Positions 44,807 through 49,142 of a stretch of 49,142 nucleotides of DNA are shown piece after piece. Both the position numbers and the translations under genes were made by a program. Position 1 is the first letter of the stretch, and each line of letters opens with the position of its first letter. The notes beneath the pieces were generated by a model. That model was not told the origin of the DNA. It did no database searches and saw only the letters and a list, made by a program, of their open reading frames with translations. The DNA comes from Clostridia bacterium (GTDB lineage: Bacteria > Bacillota > Clostridia > RGIG6154): positions 1 to 49,142 of the forward strand of contig JAZSLZ010000040.1 in the NCBI GenBank assembly GCA_045535635.1. Reading direction: 5' to 3'.

Positions 44807-45631
44807 ATGTCCATATCAGGAATGAAATGTAAATTATACAGAAAAATAGAAGATACAATTACAAAAGTAGTTGAGTCATATACTTTCGGTGAAATTATGA
44901 CCGATGCTAAAGATTGCCTTGTTAAAGAATGCATAAAAGCAGTTAAACAAGACCTTACAGACGAAATTTTTCCCGTAAGACTTTTAAACAAATGCAAAAA
45001 AGAAAGACTTGTTGCAGTTATTGCAGGTGAAGAAAGCATAAGAGCAGATGCAGAGATTTTATCTCTTTCAATTAACTCTCTTATTGCCGCAGGTATTAAA
45101 GAATTTAAAATTACTCTAAGCCATAAAGGAAAAGATGATGATAAGGTTGAAGAGCTTTTTGAAATACTAGAAAGCTACGGTCTTTCTGATTTTATTGATG
45201 TTGACTTTGATTATGAGGGAACTGCTCTTTCAAATTCATTTGTTTTTGAATGCAAATATGATGACAAGGTTATTTTAAGAGGTGGTAAGGGTTTTGACGG
45301 TTTTGCTTTCAGTTATGTTAGCTTTATGCCGGTTGAACTTACTGAAATTATTTTTAATTCAAAAATAAAAGAGCTTTCAGATCTTCCTGTTGCAGTTGTT
45401 GCATCAACATCTCCTGCAGACTCTTATAAAATCGCTTTCGGCTTAAGAGCGCAGGGTCTTAATGTTCGTGAATATTTAAAAACAACTTCAATGGTTGATG
45501 CTATCGAATACACAGAAGCTCTCGGCTCAACTATTATAATCTGGGTTGCTAGAGATAAAATTGTTATGAAAAACATTAAAACAGGCGAAATGAGCGAAAC
45601 CACCGCAGAAAAACTCCTCGGCGGTAAATAA
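44807..45631 (+). CDS. Truncated HisRS/HisZ-like class-II aaRS paralog (degenerate core plus anticodon-binding-like domain)
   Basis: 274 aa. ADAEILSLSINSLIAAGIKEFKITLSHKG resembles the HisRS/HisZ ADAEVI...G..F.I.L.H.G segment. The C-terminal LPVAVVASTS...GLNVREYL...STIIIWVARDKIVMKNIKTGE resembles the HGTP anticodon-binding fold. Motif-2/histidine-binding segments appear to be missing. Confidence 0.5.
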   Translation: MSISGMKCKLYRKIEDTITKVVESYTFGEIMTDAKDCLVKECIKAVKQDLTDEIFPVRLLNKCKKERLVAVIAGEESIRADAEILSLSINSLIAAGIKEFKITLSHKGKDDDKVEELFEILESYGLSDFIDVDFDYEGTALSNSFVFECKYDDKVILRGGKGFDGFAFSYVSFMPVELTEIIFNSKIKELSDLPVAVVASTSPADSYKIAFGLRAQGLNVREYLKTTSMVDAIEYTEALGSTIIIWVARDKIVMKNIKTGEMSETTAEKLLGGK

Positions 45632-45634
45632 AAA

Positions 45635-45654
45635 GCTTTTCCGCAAGGAAAAGC
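45635..45654 (+). terminator. Hairpin after the HisRS-like gene
   Basis: GCTTTTCC-GCAA-GGAAAAGC (GNRA loop). No clear T-run. Confidence 0.45.
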
Positions 45655-45704
45655 CACAATAATTATTAATTATTAATTATTCATCATCCATTATTAATTA
45701 ATTT

Positions 45705-45756
45705 AAGAAAACCACCCAAAGGTGGTTTTCGGTAGAACGCATTTTTGCATTCTGCA
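45705..45756. repeat. 52-bp direct repeat, copy 1
   Basis: AAGAAAACCACCcAAAGGTGGTTTTCGGTAGAACGCATTTTTGCATTCTGCA. Identical at 51 of 52 positions to 45832-45883. Contains the 10-bp hairpin GAAAACCACC / GGTGGTTTTC. Confidence 0.85.
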
Positions 45757-45758
45757 GA

Positions 45759-45835
45759 TTCAAAAATGCAGGTATATTTTGACAAAATCCGTCGTAGCAT
45801 ATTGTAATATGTAAGACAGGATTTTGTTAAAAAGA
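45759..45835 (+). repeat. Second copy of the conserved hairpin element (candidate small RNA or REP-like element)
   Basis: TTCAAAAATGcAGgTAtATTTTGAcAAA, stem ACAAAATCC / GGATTTTGT, loop core CGTAGCATATTGTAATATGT (45793-45812) identical to 34468-34487. The stem sequence differs but pairing is kept. Confidence 0.6.
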
Positions 45836-45883
45836 AAACCACCTAAAGGTGGTTTTCGGTAGAACGCATTTTTGCATTCTGCA
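45832..45883. repeat. 52-bp direct repeat, copy 2
   Basis: See copy 1. The single difference (C to T) lies in the hairpin loop. Confidence 0.85.
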
Positions 45884-45960
45884 AGGGGGTATATAGTGTT
45901 ACCTTGTGAGGTATTAATATTATTGACTAAAAAATTGTTATTTATACATTGGAGGATAAA

Positions 45961-47274
45961 ATGAAATTTTATTTTACAGTTTTTGTTTGTAAAATTTTTA
46001 TATTTTTGCTTAAGCTTTTAGGTAAAAAAGCAACCTCGGCACCGGGGAAACTTGCTTTTAAGCTTTATCCTGATATTTTAAAGGAATATCAGGGCAGAGT
46101 TAAGAAGGAAATTATTGCGGTTATGGGAACCAACGGCAAAACCACTACCAATAATTTACTTGCCGATTATTTTGAGGAAGCAGGGTTTAATGTGGTTTGC
46201 AACAGAATTGGTGCAAATATGGACGAAGGCTCACTTGTTGCGTTTTTAAACAAGACTTCTTTATTCGGAAGAACAAATATTGATTATGCTTGTCTTGAAA
46301 TGGACGAGGGATGGGCAGAATACATTTTAAATTTCATCACACCGCACAAAATTTTAATTACAAATCTTTTCAATGATCAGCTTGACAGATACGGAAGCAT
46401 TGAAAACACAATTGAATTTTTAAAGAAAGCCATAAGAAAAGCACCAAACTGTGTTTTGGTTTTAAATGCAGATGATCCTATTACCTGTTCACTTGCAACA
46501 GAGTTTGAAAATGAAAAAATCTATTACGGAATAAACGAAAAAACAAGCGAAGCAGAAGGCGTTCTAAAAGAAGGTAAAAACTGTTTTATATGCGGACAGC
46601 CTCTTGAATATGAAATGAGACATTTCAATCAGCTTGGAACATATAAATGCAGTTGCGGTTTTATGCGACCTGATGCTAAATATACTGCTAAAGACATTTC
46701 ACTTTTCCCTGCCCTTGATTTTACACTTGATGGTTTCGGACCTCTTTCTTTAAATTCTAGAGGACTTTACAATATTTATAATGTTCTTGCTTCTTTCTCG
46801 GTTGCAGACTTATGCGGTGTTTCTTTTGAAGCAGTTAAAAGCTCTCTCGAAAAATTCAAGCCACAGACAGGCAGAATGGAAAAACTTTCAGTTAACGGAA
46901 AAGAGGCATATCTTTTACTTGCCAAAAATCCTGCAGGTTTTAATGTTTCAATTTCTGCTATTTCGTCAGACACAAGAAAGAAAGATATTTATCTTGCAAT
47001 CAACAACAGAATCTCAGACGGTGTTGATGTTTCATGGCTTAAAGATGTAGACTTCTCTCCCCTTATAAATGAAAACACTCTTTCATTTACCCTTGCAGGA
47101 ACAAGAGCAGAAGATGCAAAGATAAGACTTGAAGAACAAAATGCAGTCAACTGCATCTCTTTTGATGATATGAAAACTGCAATAGAAAGCATATCCAAAA
47201 ACAGCAAAGGCGATGTAATCTACTTCCTTGCAAACTATACTGCACTTTATGAGACGAAAGAGTTTTTGAGTTAG
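45961..47274 (+). CDS. murT: MurT-type Mur ligase family protein (lipid II isoglutaminyl synthase subunit-like)
   Basis: Mur ligase P-loop MGTNGKTTT, Cys4 ribbon CFICGQ...CSCGF and a DUF1727-like C-terminus. The ATG at 45961 is preferred (RBS GGAGG 5 nt upstream); the track's TTG at 45949 contains that RBS. Confidence 0.8.
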   Translation: MKFYFTVFVCKIFIFLLKLLGKKATSAPGKLAFKLYPDILKEYQGRVKKEIIAVMGTNGKTTTNNLLADYFEEAGFNVVCNRIGANMDEGSLVAFLNKTSLFGRTNIDYACLEMDEGWAEYILNFITPHKILITNLFNDQLDRYGSIENTIEFLKKAIRKAPNCVLVLNADDPITCSLATEFENEKIYYGINEKTSEAEGVLKEGKNCFICGQPLEYEMRHFNQLGTYKCSCGFMRPDAKYTAKDISLFPALDFTLDGFGPLSLNSRGLYNIYNVLASFSVADLCGVSFEAVKSSLEKFKPQTGRMEKLSVNGKEAYLLLAKNPAGFNVSISAISSDTRKKDIYLAINNRISDGVDVSWLKDVDFSPLINENTLSFTLAGTRAEDAKIRLEEQNAVNCISFDDMKTAIESISKNSKGDVIYFLANYTALYETKEFLS

Positions 47275-47334
47275 GAGTGAGGAGTTAGCAGTTATAATTC
47301 CTAATTCCTAACTTCTAACTCCTAACTTTTTCTC
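47271..47334 (+). terminator. Long hairpin terminator after murT, built from heptamer repeats
   Basis: TTAGGAGTGAGGAGTTAG pairs with CTAACTTCTAACTCCTAA (16 of 18), followed by CTTTTTCT. The 3' arm lies in a run of TAAYTCC heptamers. Confidence 0.6.
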
Positions 47335-47393
47335 TGCTTTACACTCAATCCACTTTACAGAAAATATAAAATATTTCCCATAAATTGTTGATA

Positions 47394-47429
47394 AAAGTTT
47401 TCCCAAGATTGTGGAAAACTTTTATTTTA
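47394..47429. terminator. Perfect 10-bp hairpin with flanking T/A runs
   Basis: AAAGTTTTCC-CAAGATTGT-GGAAAACTTT followed by TATTTTA. Confidence 0.4.
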
Positions 47430-47572
47430 TAGCTTGTTTTTGGCTATTTTCTGGGGAAAACTCAGTGGATAACTGTAAAAAATGGTGGAAAACCTTATTT
47501 TACAAGCTATCTGTTTTATGCCAAAAAACATCCCTGTAAAGCATATTGCTTTACAGGGATTTCTGTGGGAAA
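47410..47572 (-). promoter_or_regulatory. Cluster of five same-orientation DnaA-box-like 9-mers
   Basis: Read on the minus strand: TTTTCCACA (47418-47410, perfect to TTWTNCACA), TTTTCCCCA (47460-47452), TTATCCACT (47472-47464), TTTTCCACC (47492-47484), TTTCCCACA (47572-47564). The last four have one mismatch each. Confidence 0.45.
47523..47560 (-). terminator. Rho-independent terminator of mfd
   Basis: On the minus strand: ATCCCTGTAAAGC-AATAT-GCTTTACAGGGAT, 13-bp stem, followed by GTTTTTT. Confidence 0.8.
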
Positions 47573-47574
47573 TA

Positions 47575-49142
47575 TCATAAATTTATGGTTTGAAGCATAG
47601 ATTTTATGTTGCCCAAAAGTTGATTTTTTATCATTTTTGATGGCTTGTAAATAAGAGTGGTCTGATTTTTTGAATTTGAAAAATAGTACTCAACTCTGTT
47701 CTTTGAAACAAAATCAAACAGTTTTTGCATAGGTGAATTTGATGTTAATTTGAACAGTACCATATCACCTTTCTGAACCACATCAGAGATTGAAAGCTTT
47801 TTGGCAATATCTTTTATGATAACACTTTCAATTAAATTATCAACCGCAGTTGGCAGTTTTCCAAAACGGTCCTCAATTTCATTTTTCATATCAATGGCTT
47901 CTTCTTCGTTTGCGATTGAAGCAATTGCTTTATAAACATCAATTCTTGTTTTTCTGTCTGTTATATAAGTTTCAGGAATGAAACAGTTAATACTTAAATC
48001 AATTGAAACAGGTGTTTCCTCAATAGGATCACTGTTGTTTTTAATCTTATCTACCGCTTCTTTTAAAAGGTCGCAGTAAAGCTCATAGCCAACCTGATTT
48101 ATGTGTCCGTGCTGTCTTGTTCCGAGCACACTACCTGCCCCTCTTATTTCAAGGTCTCGCATTGCGATTTTTATACCTGAACCAAATTCTGTGAATTCTT
48201 TAATTGCTTTAAGTCTTTTTTCTGCAACTTCATCTATGATTTTATCTCTGCGAACTGTTAAATAGGCATAGGCAAGTCTTGAAGATCTTCCTACTCTTCC
48301 CCTTAACTGATAAAGCTGAGAAAGACCGAATTTATCTGCATCTTCTATTATTATTGTGTTAATGTTTGGCATATCAAGTCCTGTTTCAATAATAGTTGTG
48401 CAGATTAAAATATCATACTCTTTGTTTAAAACTCCGAGCATAATTGTTTCAAGCTCTGTTTCGCTCATTTTACCGTGTGCGACTGCAATCCTTGCTTCCG
48501 GCACAAGCTTATTTATTTTTCCTGCAACAGACTCAATATTTTCAACTCTGTTGTGAAGATAATAAACCTGACCGCCTCTTGCCATTTCTCTTGTTATGGC
48601 AGTTTTTATAGCTTCGCTGTTATATTCCATAACATAGGTCTGTACAGGATGTCTGTCTTCAGGCGGATCGCTTAAAACACTCATATCACGAAGTCCGTTC
48701 ATTGCCATATTAAGTGTTCTTGGTATTGGTGTTGCAGATAAAGTTAAAACATCAACATTAGTTTTCATTGCCTTTATTTTTTCTTTGTGCTTAACACCGA
48801 ATCTTTGTTCTTCGTCTATGATAAGAAGTCCTAAATCCTTAAACTTAATATCGTCCTGAATAATTCTGTGTGTTCCTATTATAATATCAACTTTACCTTT
48901 TTTAAGGTCTTCTATAATCTGTGTTTGTTGCTTTTTATTTCTGAATCTGCTTAACATTTCAACCTTAACGGGAAAATCCTTCATTCTGTTTACGAAAGAG
49001 TCGTACTGTTGTTGTGCAAGAAGGGTTGTTGGCACTAAATATGCAACCTGCTTTGAGTCCATAACAGCCTTAAATGCACCTCTTATTGCAATTTCTGTTT
49101 TACCGTAGCCAACATCACCGCATATAAGACGGTCCATAGGTT
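47575..49142 (-). CDS. mfd: Transcription-repair coupling factor Mfd, C-terminal part (gene runs off the right edge)
   Basis: Superfamily-2 helicase motifs GDVGYGKTE, DEEQRFG, SATPIPRT, QLRGRVGR and a TRCF C-terminal domain. The reading frame is open to the window end. Confidence 0.93.
   Translation of the reverse strand, partial: PMDRLICGDVGYGKTEIAIRGAFKAVMDSKQVAYLVPTTLLAQQQYDSFVNRMKDFPVKVEMLSRFRNKKQQTQIIEDLKKGKVDIIIGTHRIIQDDIKFKDLGLLIIDEEQRFGVKHKEKIKAMKTNVDVLTLSATPIPRTLNMAMNGLRDMSVLSDPPEDRHPVQTYVMEYNSEAIKTAITREMARGGQVYYLHNRVENIESVAGKINKLVPEARIAVAHGKMSETELETIMLGVLNKEYDILICTTIIETGLDMPNINTIIIEDADKFGLSQLYQLRGRVGRSSRLAYAYLTVRRDKIIDEVAEKRLKAIKEFTEFGSGIKIAMRDLEIRGAGSVLGTRQHGHINQVGYELYCDLLKEAVDKIKNNSDPIEETPVSIDLSINCFIPETYITDRKTRIDVYKAIASIANEEEAIDMKNEIEDRFGKLPTAVDNLIESVIIKDIAKKLSISDVVQKGDMVLFKLTSNSPMQKLFDFVSKNRVEYYFSNSKNQTTLIYKPSKMIKNQLLGNIKSMLQTINL

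Noticed and set aside
45705-45883. Possible two-repeat mini-CRISPR (52-bp palindromic repeats separated by 75 bp).
   Set aside because: There are only two repeats, the repeat length is outside the usual range, there are no cas genes in the window, and the 'spacer' is itself a repeated element also found at 34.4 kb.
47340-47574. Chromosomal replication origin (oriC).
   Set aside because: DnaA-box-like motifs are present, but there is no dnaA, dnaN or rpmH nearby and no clear AT-rich 13-mer unwinding element. A secondary DnaA-box cluster or an unrelated GGAAAAC repeat is more plausible. I kept it as a finding, not as an oriC call.
1-49142. Defence islands, prophage, transposon or integrative elements.
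   Set aside because: I saw no integrase, transposase, recombinase, reverse transcriptase, nuclease/helicase defence modules, tRNA attachment sites or flanking long repeats. The gene content is core metabolism and information processing with conserved Firmicutes synteny.

Overview
AT-rich, low-GC Firmicutes (Clostridia-like) chromosomal segment, densely packed and mostly housekeeping. Blocks left to right: recN-argR-nadK-tlyA-dxs (minus). serC-serA (plus). A ~1650-aa SLH/GLUG-type surface protein. One long co-directional block, tsaE-tsaB-rpiB-dCMP deaminase-sua5/tsaC-rimI-tsaD, that runs without a terminator into a short glycyl-radical enzyme (GRE) and its activase. A small structured-RNA locus. 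DUF1292 plus a processive membrane GT2. radA, carD. A hexapeptide acetyltransferase plus a heparinase II/III-like protein. ridA-trpB2-split transketolase-yitT-mrnC-cysS-cysE (minus). SOS-type dinB. A purE-F-M-N-D-L operon (minus) behind a B12/radical-SAM gene. A truncated HisRS/HisZ-like gene, murT and the 3' part of mfd. I found no rRNA, tRNA, CRISPR array, transposase, integrase or recognisable defence system. The most interesting items: (1) the N-terminally short Cys-x-Glu GRE and its ferredoxin-insert activase, translationally coupled to the end of the t6A operon. (2) A promoter, 100-nt hairpin RNA, terminator and 54-aa ORF at 19.4-19.8 kb. (3) A ~75-nt hairpin element present at 34.4 kb and 45.8 kb, with an identical loop and compensatory stem changes. 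(4) A same-orientation cluster of DnaA-box-like 9-mers between murT and mfd. (5) A PurF whose N-terminal nucleophile Cys is replaced by Gly. All functional calls come from motif recognition by eye; no database search was run.
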